Shown: positions 26,225 to 39,200, numbered from the stretch's first letter. The stretch is 64,000 nt of DNA from Eledone cirrhosa (GCA_964016885.1 OZ024743.1:371132001-371196000), one strand, 5' to 3'. The notes: generated by a model from the letters alone, not told the origin. Made by a program: numbers and translations.

Positions 26225-27333
26225 ATCCCTACATAAATACCAGGCAACATCAAATTTGTGGAAGAGACACAGAGTTCTTCTTGGAATCTGCGCGGGGAAG
26301 ACAGATAAGGAAATTTCAGACTTTCTCAGCGTCAGCAGGAAAATGGTGGAAAAGGTCAGAAAGGAATTGGAAGATTCAGGATTCGACTACGAAGGAACAT
26401 CAGAGAGGAAAACACATCATCGACGATCTGACACCTTCAGAATGCCCGAGTTCGTCGCTGAAGTTCAGGATATCATCAACAATGAATCTAGCAAGTCGAT
26501 GCGTGCCATTGCAAGCGAGAAAGGCGTGGATGAAAAGCTCATTAGGCTGGTGGTACATGAAGACATTCGCTACGTTTCATACAAGATGAGGAAAGGATAA
26601 TTTCTGTCAAAGGCGATGCAAGAAAAGCGACTGAAGCACGCAAAGAAGCTGATCAACAACTTGAAACACCCACTGGAGCCAGACATGCTGTGGTTTTTCT
26701 CCGACGAGAAAAACTTCTGCCAAGACCAGATCAACTCCCAGAACAACAGGTGGCTCGCTGTCTCATCCAAAGACGTGCCCAGAGTCATGCAGACAAAGTT
26801 TCCAGCGACAACATTGGTCTTGGGTGTCGTCAGCAGTCAAGGTGACGTCATACCACCTCACTTCTTCCCTGAGCCCTCAAGCTGAACACCGATGGCTACA
26901 TCCATGTTCTGAGCGAGGTAGTAAAGCCCTGCCATACCAGCCGAAAGACCCAAGCCTGGCTGTCAGAGAACTTCATCGACCACACTTCACCTGAGATCTG
27001 GTCTCCCAGCTCGCTTGACTGCAACCCCCTCGACTTCTTTGTGTGGGGCACAGTGGAACGAGACACCAACAGATCTAGCTGCAATATCAAAGACGATCTG
27101 AAGGCCAGGATCACAAGTGCCTTTAGGGACCTAAATCGGGAGACTGACGAAGGTCTGTAGCTGGTTCCGAGGCTATCATCATAGCCAATGGCGGGTTTAT
27201 CAAGTGAGATCGAAAGAACAAGTCATGAAGCCAAACTGACCCAAGTTTGATAAATATATCTTAAAAAATAAAACTACTGTGTTATTTTTTCCTAGACAGT
27301 AATCTTGCAAACAAATATCGTCCGCACCCTATA
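26225..27333 (+). mobile_element. Tc1/mariner DNA transposon relic (maT/DD37D-like)
   Basis: HTH region (26205-26600), WFFSDEKNF..NSQNNR, PPHFF and WSPSSLDCNPLDFFVWG; right end ...CCGCACCCTATA. Confidence 0.85.
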
Positions 27334-27350
27334 TATAAATGTGTATATAT

Positions 27351-27729
27351 ACAAGCAAATTATAAACGTAAGCATGTAAGTATGTTTTTGAAACGGTGCG
27401 CGAGTTTGAAATTAGAAATTAGAAATTATAAGCTTTCACCGTATTTTAGACTAAAGAAATTTCTAGCCTGATAGTGGGGTTTATAACCCTCGGAGAAATG
27501 GAAAAAGATGAGTGTTGCCGTACATGGGAGTCGAACCCACATCTTTGGTTATCCAGACCACTGTGCTACAATTACACCAATACACATCCCATTTCCTGCT
27601 ATTCGAATTAGAAGCTATGAACTTAGCAAGTGAATGATAAACAAGCAAATTATAAACGTAAACATGTAATTATGTTTTTGAAACGGTGCGCGAGTTTGAA
27701 ATTTAGAAATTAGAAATTATAAGCTTTCA
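27351..27729 (-). repeat. 290-bp unit with 88-bp direct repeats enclosing a tRNA-like sequence
   Basis: 27351-27438 is repeated at 27641-27729. Confidence 0.85.
27516..27586 (-). pseudogene. tRNA-like sequence (GGA anticodon, short variable loop); probably a SINE/Pol III head rather than a functional tRNA
   Basis: Minus strand: A-box TGGTGTAATTG, D stem GTGT/GCAC, anticodon arm TGGT-CTGGATA-ACCA, T arm GTGGG-TTCGACT-CCCAT. The acceptor stem is only ~5 bp. Confidence 0.7.
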
Positions 27730-28173
27730 TATATATAAATGTGTGTATATATATATATATAAATGTGTATATATATATATATGTGTGTGTATAGATAAAT
27801 GTGTAATATATATATATATAAATGTATATGAATATATAAATGTGTATATATATATATATATATAAATGTATATGAATATATAAATGTATATATATATATA
27901 TATATAAATGTATATATATATGAATGTATATGAATATATAAATGTATATATATATATATATATAAATGTATATATATATAAATGTATATGTATATAAATG
28001 TATATATATATGTATATGTATATAAATGTATATATATATATATATTTATATAAATATAAATGTATATATATATATAAATGTATATATATATATATATAAA
28101 TGTTGTGTATTTATATATATATATAAATGTGTATTTATATATATATATAAATGTATATTTATATGTATATAAA

Positions 28174-28212
<39 letters not shown>

Positions 28213-28278
28213 GTGTATATATATATATAAATGTATATATATATATATATATATATATAAATGTGTATATATATATAA

Positions 28279-28330
<52 letters not shown>

Positions 28331-28348
28331 GTGTATATATATATATAA

Positions 28349-28388
<40 letters not shown>

Positions 28389-28426
28389 GTGTATATATAT
28401 ATATAAATGTGTATATATATATATAA

Positions 28427-28466
<40 letters not shown>

Positions 28467-28508
28467 GTGTATATATATATATAAATGTATATATATATAT
28501 ATATATAA

Positions 28509-28546
<38 letters not shown>
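27730..28546. repeat. Compound (TA)n/TAAATG microsatellite
   Basis: Directly visible. Confidence 0.95.
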
Positions 28547-28552
<6 letters not shown>

Positions 28553-29846
28553 TGACGAATGGCTTGTGAGAGCTATACAAGCCATGTATAAAGAAACAGT
28601 CAGCAAGGTTAGAATTAACAACGAATATAGTGAAGAGTTTAGTGTAAAAGTTGGTGTTCATCAGGGCTCTGTTCTTAGCCCCCTACTATTTATTATTGCC
28701 TTTCAGGCTATAACAGTGGAGTTCAAGACCGGCTGCCCATGGGAACTCCTATACGCAGATGATCTAACGCTCATAGCTGAATCAATGGCCGAGCTAGAGA
28801 AGAAATTCCAAACATGGAAGCACGGCCTAGAATCAAGTGCCCACAAAATACTAGCTCTTTCAATTGCGCAGAGGGTTCTATAGAAATAGTGGACAGCTTC
28901 CGTTACCTGGGTGACAAAATCAGCAGTGGAGGAGGGTGCTCTGAAAGTACAGTAGCTAGAGTCAGGACTGGATGGAAAAAGTTCAGAGAGCTTATACCAC
29001 TATTAGCCGCTAAAGGGTTCTCCCTAAAAATGAAAGGCAGGTTGTATGATGCCTGCATACGAACAGCAATGTTGCATGGCAGTGAGGCCTGGGCATTGTG
29101 TGCAGAGGATATACGCAGACTAGAGAGGAACAAAGCTTGCATGCTCCGCTGGATGTGTAATAGTAATATACGTGAACGGCAAAGCATAAACGAACTAAGG
29201 AAAAAATTAGAAATAAGAGGGATCAGATGTTGTTTACTCGAGAGAAGGCTACGTTGGTATGGTCACGTGATGCGCATGAAAGACGACAGCTGTATAACAA
29301 AGTGCAGGGCAATAAAGATAGACGGTAGTCACGGAATAGGCAGACCCAGAAAAACCTGGGACGAGCTGATAAATTCCGACCTCACACACTTACACCTCTC
29401 CAAGACAATGTCACTGGACTGAGACCTATGGCGGTACTCAGTAATAGAGAAGACCCGCCTTACCTAAATACAAAGTAAAACCTACTACAGTCGGTAGGCA
29501 TCTCTCACAAAATACACCCCGTCCCACCACCCCCACCCCATCCACACCGCCCCTTTCAATGTAAAGTTATGTTGGTGCCACAACATCCAGGCCGAAACAA
29601 ATGAGATCGTGTAGGTGTCACGACAAAAAAACACACAGTCCACGCTGTAATGTGGCCGTGTAGGCAACACGGTAAAAACCTCCCAGCCCCACACTGTAAA
29701 TGTGGTTGGTGTTAGGAAGGGCATCCAGCTGTAGAAAACCCGCCAGACAGTCCTATGCGAGCAATGACAACTACTCTTGCCTCAAGTGGGAAAACTCCCG
29801 TCCAAACCCATGCAAGCGTGGAACATGGACGTTAAACGATGATGAT
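28547..29846 (+). mobile_element. RTE (BovB-like) LINE, 5'-truncated with internal deletion
   Basis: ORFs 28509-28883 (YADD) and 28814-29422; near-identical to the copy at 14764-16765 but lacking the Cys-rich segment. Confidence 0.92.
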
Positions 29847-30012
29847 GTATATGTATATAAATGTATATATATATATAAATGTATATATATAAATATAAAT
29901 GTATATGTATATAAATGTATATATATATATAAATATAAATGTATATGTATATAAATGTATATGTATATAAATGTATATATATATATATATAAATGTATAT
30001 ACATATATATAA

Positions 30013-30660
30013 ATGGAAAAGAATGAAACGAAATTTCATTTCTCACTCTTAGTTCGGCTGATACCTAAATATAAGTATGTATACGTACATAGATCTGTGT
30101 GTACAGACGTACAGTAGTATGTATGTACACATATATATATGTACGTATGGGTTTACCAAACATTTATTATAATGTTCGGTTTGTTTGTAAACAAGCAGCC
30201 CGAATTACGCCGTACACTGCTCGGCAACCATCATCGCCCTTTTGTTCAACACTGACACAGGAACGATGTGCTAGTTTCAAGCTTATTAGCTATCGCCAGC
30301 ATGGTATACCTTTCTGTCAGATGATTGAACGTTTGAAAGTATATACTTTCCTTATGCGTATTAACGGCTGAGCAGCCTCATTTGCATATCGAGTGAGTTA
30401 GTCGGTCGGGCGTACCTAAAACGATAAATGGAGCATAAGGAACGTATATACTTTCAAACGTTCAATCATCTGACAGACAGGTATACAATGCTGGCGATAG
30501 CTAATAAGCTTGAAACTTGTACATCGTTCCTGTGTCAGTGTTGAACAAAAGGGCAACGATGGTTGCCGAGCACTGTATGGCGTAATTCGGTCTGTTTGTT
30601 TACAAACAGACCGAACATTTTAATAAAAGTTCGGTAAACCCATACGTACATATATATATG
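30013..30660. repeat. Second copy of the 20849 family with an inverted partial duplication
   Basis: 30013-30430 is similar to 20849-21275; 30433-30660 is the reverse complement of ~30132-30357. Confidence 0.78.
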
Positions 30661-30816
30661 TGTACATGTATGTATATATATACATACTTATATTTACATA
30701 TATAAATGTATATATATATATATATGTATATATTTATAAATGTTTATACATATATAAATGTATATATATATATATAAATGAATATATATATATAAAGGTG
30801 TGTATATATATAAATG

Positions 30817-31291
30817 AATGTAATCTGAGTTTTTCGAATATTAATAATAACATTCGATTCGTTTGTAATTATACAAACATGCCTCATTTTTATAGCCACG
30901 TCAGTAGAATGAACACTCCATTGTTGCTCTTGTGTTGGCATGTAAACAGAATTGCAGACACTAATGTTTCTGGTTATCCCCCTTCTGCAAGAGCTAGTGA
31001 AAATAATGTATTTGCTATTTTCTAAAATATACAGTGACTGATCGGCCTGATTTGCATATTAGCAAACTGACTGATCAATCAGATTTGCATATTAGCAGAT
31101 CCACTGATCAGCCAGATTTGCATATCAGCAGACTGGCCAGTCAGTTTCCTGTATATGAGCGATAATAGGCCGGCTCTGCCACATTCAAATTTAAAAAAAA
31201 AAGGAAATTTTCGCTCTACATGGCTGAATAAATGTAATCTGAGTTTTTCGAATATTAATAATGACATTCGATTCGTTTGCAATTATACAAA
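30817..31291. repeat. ~414-bp unit with ~60-bp terminal direct repeat and an internal 33-bp triplet repeat carrying ATTTGCAT
   Basis: 30817-30878 is repeated at 31231-31291; ATTTGCAT occurs at 31050, 31083 and 31116. Confidence 0.75.
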
Positions 31292-31856
31292 CAAGCCTTA
31301 ATTTTTGCTCTTTTGAATTTCAAACTAAAAGAATTTCATGGTTAATAAATGTGAGTTACAACCAACATATACATCTACATACAAACTACAATATATAAAC
31401 ACTTGAGTGAAAATCATATACCTATTTTATCACCACATCTCTCACTACCATATAGCATGCCATTTTAAACATCTCTAACACTTATAACAGGCTTTAACAT
31501 TCTACACGAAATATGCTTATTTCAGCTGTAATATAAATCTTTCCTCATACATGTCTTATTGATTGTATTGACTCCTGCATTGTATACCCCTAACATTACC
31601 TGATATCCAATGCTAAGATATCTTATATCTTATGTCTATCCTATCTTTCATTTTCCTTGCTTGTAACTTTTTTTGCCTGTATTTTTTGCTTGTATCTTTA
31701 CACTTTCAACCAGTGATCCTTGTAATTGTGTTCTCTCAAGCATAACATATTTTTAACTCCTGATTCCCTACATGATATCTATGACACTAACAACACTTAT
31801 GTATCCTAAATGTTCTGAATGACTAGGATTTTAGTCACATGTTTTGACATTCCCTA

Positions 31857-31903
31857 TGCTCCGATGATTCCAGACTCCCCTCTGGAAGAAACAATTGTTA
31901 GCA
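31857..31903 (+). ncRNA. Minimal type I hammerhead ribozyme-like motif (Penelope pLTR type)
   Basis: TGCT-CCGATGA-TTCCAGA ctcccc TCTGGAA-GAAAC-AATT-GTT-AGCA followed by AATAAA; the stem III loop is palindromic. Confidence 0.65.
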
Positions 31904-32084
31904 AATAAATGTATTAAACTAAGATTTGATTGTTTTAACACTTTATATCTCGGCTCTGTAAAACACTTGATAATTTGCATTGAGCCTTTTATCATACCGG
32001 TAACCAGCTAGTACTTAGTACTACCCTCCATATTTATAATTGTATATTAAACATATATCAGTATAAATATTCTTATTACTATAT

Positions 32085-33075
32085 ATATCATCATCATCAT
32101 TTTACGTCCGCTCTCCACTTGTCATGGTCCTTCGTCATCTCCATGAGCTTCAGCCATGTGAGGTCTGCTCTCACCAACTCCGCCCATGTTTTTCATGGTC
32201 TTCCTCTACTGCGTCTTCCTTCCACTGGGATTTCTTGGCACTTCTTTACCCAGCGGTCATCCTCCATGCGCATCACATGTCCATACCAACGCAGTCTTCT
32301 CTCTCTCACACTACAGCCTATCCCTCTTATACACAGTTTCTCTCTCAACTTGTCTATGCTTGGTCGTTCATGCGTATTGACATTGCACATCAAACGGAGC
32401 ATGCTTGCTTCATTTCTCTCCAGCCGTCACATATCTTCCACAGTTGCTGCCCATGTTTCACTATCATGCAGCATTGCGCATCTCACACAGGCATCATATA
32501 ACCGGCCTTTCGTACGCAGGGAGAAACCCTTCTTTGTCAACAGAGGAAGCAACTCCCTAAACTTCTTCCAACTCGTCCTTATTCTGGATACTATGGCCTC
32601 GGATCACCCTCCTCCCTTACTAATCTGATCACCTAGGTATTGGAAGCTATCAACCACTTCTATAGAACCCACCTGCATTTGAAAAATGTGTCTATCAATG
32701 CGACTTCTACTGTCAAATTTCCCTGTATATCAGTTTTCCCATCTGTTAGTTTGCCTGCTATCCCACTACATCTCTTGTGTAACCAAGATCTGCATTGCGT
32801 ACATTTTATAGAATTTATGCCAACTCCTTTCCTACATATTGAACATGGCCATTTTCCTGATGGAATCAGAGTTTTGTCCTCTTTGCTACTTATCAACACT
32901 TTTGTTCTTAGGTTTACTCTCAGTCCTCTTGATTCCAGCTGCTGTTTCCATAGCCAGAATTTATTCCCTAGCTCCTCTACTGATTCTGCTATAAGAACCA
33001 GATCAGTTCCCGTCCCACCCTTGCAAGCAGGGAAAAAGCGGACATAAAATGAGATGATGATGATGATGATGATGA
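32085..33075 (-). mobile_element. Degenerate RTE LINE with an inverted 3' tail at 33004-33075
   Basis: ORFs 32193-32402 and 32660-33082 ([15 protein letters not shown]); (CAT)n at the left end and (GAT)n at the right. Confidence 0.85.
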
Positions 33076-33094
33076 CACACACATATATACATAT

Positions 33095-34350
33095 ATTTCG
33101 GCTTTGTACCAGGCAAAAGTACCACAGATGCTGCCTTCCTGGTGAAGCAGCTACAGGAAAAGTACCTAGCTAAATCTTGCATTTGTTGATCTAGAAAAAG
33201 CTTTTGACAGAGTGCCCTGTGCCATAATTTTGTGGGCTCTTAGAAAACTAGGAGTAGATGAGTGTCTTGCGAAGGCTGTACAAGCCATGTATAGGTAAGC
33301 AGTCAGCAAAGTTAGGATTAACGACGACTATAGTGAAGAATTTAGCATGCATGTTGGCACCCACCAGGGCTCTCCCTTGTTTATTATCATACTGCAGGCT
33401 ATAACCGAGGGTTTTAAGATCAGCTGCCCATGTTAGCTCCTGTATGCGGATGATCTAACACTCAGTGGACTCTGTTTGAACTAAAGAAGAAATTCCAAAC
33501 ATGGAAGCAGCGCCTAGATACAAGTGGTCTTAAAGTCAACCTGACAAAGACTAAATTCCTAGAAAGTAGAAGAGAAAACAGAGCCCAGATCCCCTCAGGG
33601 AAATGGCCTTGCTCAGTATGTAGGAAAGGTGTAGGTAGGAATTCCATCCTCTGCCCTAAATGCAAACTATTGGTACACAAGAGATGTAGTGGGATGTCGG
33701 GAAGTTTTTGCTAAAAATGTAGGTTTTACATGTAGCTGCTGCACCGGGGCAGTAATCAGCAAACAGCCACTGGAAACAAGCGTTATGGAATTCCTGGAAT
33801 GTTCAGTAGACGCAGTAGACAGCTTCTGCTACCTGGGTGACCAAATTAGCAGCGGAGGTGGGTGTTCTGAAAGTACAGTAGCTACTACCACTGCTAGCTA
33901 CACAAGGCTTTTCCCTCAAAATGAAAAGCAGACTGTATGATGCATGCATACAAACAGCAATGTTGCATGGTAGCGCAGAAGACTTGCATAGATTGGAAAG
34001 AAATGAAGCTTGCATGCTCTGATGGATATGTAATAGTAACATACAAGAACGGTGAAGCATAAATGAACTGAAAGAGAAACTAGGCCTAAGAGGAATCTCT
34101 TGCAGTGTGCAGGAGTGGAGACTGCATTGCTATGGACATGTGATGCGCATGGAGGATGACAATGGTATAAAAAGGTGCAGAGCGCTCAGAGTTGATGGAA
34201 GCCTTGGAATTGGGAGACCCAGGAAGACTTGGGATGAGGTGATAAAGGCTGACCTTGCTCAATTGCACTTCTCAAAGGCGATGACACAGGGCTAGGATCT
34301 CTGACGTTATGCAGTAATATAAAAGACCTGCCTTCCCATGGCTGAAGCTG
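33095..34350 (+). mobile_element. Degenerate RTE LINE
   Basis: Decayed homolog of 59464-61109 (DLEKAFD, YADD, GKWPC and GRPRKTW remnants). Confidence 0.85.
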
Positions 34351-34497
34351 AAGCATACATATATATAATATGCACCACCCCCACCCCACCCTATAATACA
34401 GCTCTCATGAAGACAGGCTGTAGCATACACCCAGTGAAGCTTCCAGCCCACACTGAAAAGTAATCGTGATGGTGACACGAGAAAAAGTGCCCAGTAT

Positions 34498-35215
34498 AAC
34501 AGTGGGACCATTTAAATATCTTTATTTTAATTGGTATAACTTAGAAAAATCAAACATTGCAAATTTTATGTTTATGCCAATTTATTATGGAGTGTTTAGC
34601 ACTTATTTCAGATGAATGTGATTGCTACTTCACCAATTTAATCCATTTACGAAATAATACACATGCCTTAACTAATTTTTCCTTTTTCATTTACCGAATG
34701 CTCGCTTGATCAAAGCCTTCAGTGAAGACAAACAGCTGTAAGAAGTTGTGTTGGATATTGCTTCAACTGCGCCCCATAGCCAAAAATCACACATTTCAAA
34801 TCTAGTGAGCTTGAGTGCCAGATATCTTTAGGGACAAACATGGGCAATTCCTTCTTCAAAAGTTCTTGCACTTCTTTTTAAGAATGGGTGGCCGCAGAGT
34901 CCTGTGCAAACATGACTCGACTTACATCATAATGCTTCCTAATCCAAGGCAACAAAACTTCTAAGATTTTGAGATACTCTGCTGTGTTGATTTTAAGACT
35001 CCTTCAATAAAATGAGGAGGCATCAATTTCCCATCACTTGCAACAGCTCCAAAGACCATAATGGATGCTGGATTCTTGATATGTATAGTTGAAGGAACTT
35101 GGGAAGAGTAATGCGCTATCACTCGTGAGTTTTGAGGGTTTGCAACTCTGTCTACCATGAACCTCTTTTCGTCCATGAAGATGCAGGCGTCTCCACCACA
35201 ATGTTTCAAATTATT
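34498..35215 (-). mobile_element. Tc1/mariner transposase relic (maT-like)
   Basis: ORF 34961-35209 reads FMDEKRFMVD..NPQNSR..KNPASIMVFGAVASDGKLMPPHF; terminal CAGTGGGACCAT. Confidence 0.78.
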
Positions 35216-35264
35216 CTCTATTATTCTCTAGTTGTGTCATACATTCAGCTATAAGAGTTAGGTC

Positions 35265-35860
35265 ATCAGCATACAGGAGTTCCTAAGGGCATCCTGTTTT
35301 AAACTCTTCTATTATAGCCTGGAGGACGATAATAAACAGGAGAGGGCTAAGGACAAAGCCTTGGACCCCAACATATACATTAACCCATTAGCATTTAAAT
35401 CGACCATATCCAGCCAGAATTCTCTCAATTCTTTCTGTTCAAACCAGCTGTAACCAGCCACACATACTGATGTTAAGGTATTGTTCTCAAAATAAATAAT
35501 ATCAAAACCTCATAGATTTGATATTATGTGAGATAAAGCCTTTACTGTGAAAATACAATGGTATATATAGAGTAATGTAAATGCTAAAAGGTTAAAATCC
35601 TAGTTATAGTCATCAATTTAAACCTTACTGACTGCACCTCTGTACATGGCTTGTACCACCCTCACAAGCCACTCTTCTACTCCTAGTTTCCTAAGTGCCC
35701 ACTAGATTACAGAACGGGTTACCCTGTCAAAAGCTTTCTCTAGGTCAGCAAATGCCAAGTAGAGGGGTTTGCTTCTAGCTAGGTACTTCTGCAGTTGCCT
35801 CACAAGGAAGAGGACAAATCAGAACTGCATCTTATCTAGGTTAATCCGATCCTTAATCAC
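35265..35860 (-). mobile_element. Old RTE RT fragment interrupted by a MITE
   Basis: Reverse-strand remnants of DLEKAFDRV, LGVEEWLV and ELLYADD. Confidence 0.7.
35380..35595. mobile_element. TTAA-flanked MITE (piggyBac-like ends)
   Basis: Terminal inverted repeats TTAA-CCCATTAGCATTTA ... TAAATGCTAAAAGG-TTAA. Confidence 0.72.
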
Positions 35861-36047
35861 TTGTATTATAAATATATATATATATGTGTGTATTTGACTC
35901 CCTTCATCTATATATATATTTCTTTCACTAATTTGTGTTGGTAACCATGATGATACTGTTTCAATTTTTCATTAGAATTGCCTGCACTTAACATATTTTA
36001 CGCCCTTCAAAAATAAAATAAAAATGCATTAAAGCAGCACAGCTGTT

Positions 36048-36080
<33 letters not shown>

Positions 36081-36135
36081 AAATTTAAAATCTAATTATT
36101 TGTTGTCTAATTGATTGTTTTACTTTGATTTGCAG

Positions 36136-36219
36136 GTCTAACAAACACAGCTCCTGCATCTGGAACTGGCTTTTCTTTCTCTGGTTTGGGCAGTACTGCA
36201 ACTACCAGTATTGGGTTTG
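36136..36219 (+). CDS. NUP58: Nup58 exon (N-terminal FG region)
   Basis: ttgcag|[28 protein letters not shown]|gtatgt, phase 1/1. Confidence 0.75.
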
Positions 36220-39200
36220 GTATGTATATATACATATCATCATCGTCGTTGTTTAACATCCATTTTCCACGCTAGCATGGGTTAGGCAGGCTGTCCCATT
36301 AAAGGCTAGTTGGGTCACGTGACTGCTTAGGTTTTTACAGCTGGATGCCCTTCCTAATGCCAACCACATTTCCAGTGTGGGCTAGGTGCTTTTTGTTGTG
36401 ACACCTACACAACCACTTTACTGTGTGGGCTGGATGCTGTTGTCCTGATATCCACACGACCAATTTACAGTGTGGGCGGGATGCTGTTTGTCATGACACC
36501 TACACGACCACCTCACTGTCGGCTGGATCCTTTTTTGTTGTGATACCAACATAACGTTACACTGTAAGTGTGGTGTGGACAGAAATGGGTAGGTGGGTGT
36601 TGGTGCACGGGAGTATATATTGGATTAAGAGGTACCTACTGAATGTAAGTTTAAGTCCGTGCGCAAGGGAAGGCGGGTCTTCTGTATTACTGCATAGCGC
36701 CAAAGATCTTGATCCTGTGTCGCCTTAAAGGCATGCAATTGTGTATGGTCAACTTTTATCACCTCGCCCATTTCTTTCCTGTGTCTTCCTAATCCACAAC
36801 TTTCATCAATTTTGATTGCCCTGCACCTTTTTATGCAGTTGTCGTCCTTCATACATATCACATGACCATACCAGCGCAATCTCCTTTCTAGCATACTGCA
36901 TCTGATCCCTCTTATGCCTAATTTCTCTTAGTTCATTTATGATTTGCCATTCATGTATATTACTATTACACATCCATCGGAGCATGCATGCTTTATATCT
37001 TTCCAACCTTTGCTGAATTAAGTGCAAGAATTGCAAAAGCTGGTGCAGTAATGTGCCAGTTTCAGCATTCAGTAATCAGAAGAAGGGAGGTAGGCGTAAA
37101 AGCCAAACTCATTATCTTCAGTTTGGTATTCGTGTCAACCCTTACCTATGGTTATGAATCTTGGATAATGACCAAAAGAATACAATCACAAATACAGGTA
37201 GCCAAAATAGGGTTCCTCCGAAGGGTCTTTGGAGTAATATTACTTGTGTAACTTGAACATCAGAGAATCACTCCAGGTAGAACCACTACTTCTCAGAATT
37301 GAGAGATCACAACTCCAATACTATGGGCATGTGGTTAGAATGTCTCAGAAAAGAATCACTGGGCAGATTTTATGAGCAAAACCAATCAGTAAGAGACTCG
37401 GGGGTAGACCTAAGCAAGATGGTTGGATAACATCCATGAGCTTGGCTGGTCACGCTTGGGGATCCAGTCGAATCAGTTGGAGATGGTTGCTTCTGACAGG
37501 GCCCGCTGGAAGGAGTGTTTGAGAACTCTTCCCCCATGACCCTCTCAGGAATAAATGGGCGAAGAAGATCTTTATTATGTTATGTTTCAAGTATTAGCTT
37601 ACTAAGAAGGTTAGTTATATAACTAATAATTTATCGATCGACTTTCGTCAAATCGGACCGAAGGAACAATGTTTCCGTTGGTCGTTCCAATTGCTAATAC
37701 TATCTATCGGTCGCAACTCCAGGTAGAAGGAACGTGAAATAAAGTGTCTTGCTCAAAGACCTAATGCGTCGCCCAGTCAAGGAATCGAACTGGCAACCTA
37801 ACGATTGTGAATTCAGTTCTCTAACCAATCAACCAATCAGCCACAACAAACGGAAGAGTCGCCAGAACTGTTTGGGGTGCGGCTGCTTCCACCACCTCAC
37901 CTGCATTGGCTTGACTCGTCGAGCTTCCAATGCCCTCACAGCGTGGAGGTGCAGGAGCTGCCTCTTCCCAGCCATGGCCATCTGGCACACCAGAAGCTGG
38001 GACAGCGAGCTTTCCTGGCACCCAAGCCTCGCTGGTCAACATCGCTTGACTCAGGTGGCTCCAGAAGATCCCACTCAGGATCCCGAGAGCGGCACGAGTG
38101 CCGGTAGCCAATGCCCTCGCTTCCTCGATTGAGAGCGCCCTGGACTCCAATCGAGCCAGTGACTGGGAGCGGCTGTTCTATTTCGCCCCACTCGCCCTCG
38201 GCTTCCCCAGCTCTGGCGCAGCCTTCGTCAAGGCCAATGTCTCGTCCTTTGGGCGAGCGCCCATTCCAAGCATGCCCAGGGACGCCACACACCCCACCCT
38301 CAGGTATCCCCTGTCCTGCACCCCCGAGACCAGCGCCAAGTGTTTGCGTGACCAGGTAAACGCCAAGCTTATCATAGGTGATGTCTCGGCCGCAGTCAGA
38401 GTTGTTGCCTCAGAGGACACTGTCCTCCAATCCACCGAGGAGGTCCTGGTTGCTTTGCGACTCAAACACCCTGAGCCACCCACTGATCTCAGACCCATAA
38501 CCCCACCTGACCCCCACTTGCTCCTTGTGGCTTCTGATGCAGACATCATGTCCGCCATCAGGTCTTTCCCAGCTAGCAGCTGCGGAGGTGTTGATGGTCT
38601 CCGACCAGGCCACCTCAAGGAGTTGATATCCCCCCCCTCTCCGCTGAGGCCACGCGCCACCTCCTGATTGCACTTGCGGAGCTCAGCAATAGGCTCATCC
38701 ATAGTGCCCTGGACCCTTACGCCCAAGGCCTCTTTTTTTCGGCCAGCCTCACCGCTCTCAGGAAGAAAGAGGGTGGCATATGCGCCATTGTTGTGGGCAA
38801 TGTCTTCCGGAGGCTGGCTACAAAGGTGATCTGCAAGTCCGTAACACATAAACTGGGTGAGAAGTTTAGTCCGGTGCAACTGGGTGTTGGCGTGTCCGAT
38901 GGCTGTGAGGGGGCCGCTCATGCAACCAGGCAGTTGTTCAACAGTTGCCCATCGGAACCAGCATCCAGGGACACCAGGATCATCTGCTCGAGGCCTGCCT
39001 CAGCTGAGCCCCCTCTGCCTACCCGCTGACCTACCTGTCGTATGGAGCCTTGAGCATGCTCCTTGCTGCTGATACGGTCATACCCTCGGCTACCGGGGTC
39101 CAACAAGACGACCCTTTGGGACCCCTCCTGTTCGCCCTTAGTATTGACCACATCACCCGGAATATCACGGCCCCTCTCAATGTTTGGTATCTGGATGATG

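Noticed and set aside
27516-27586. Functional tRNA-Ser(GGA)
   Set aside because: The acceptor stem is broken, the long Ser variable arm is absent, and the sequence is embedded in a repeat unit.
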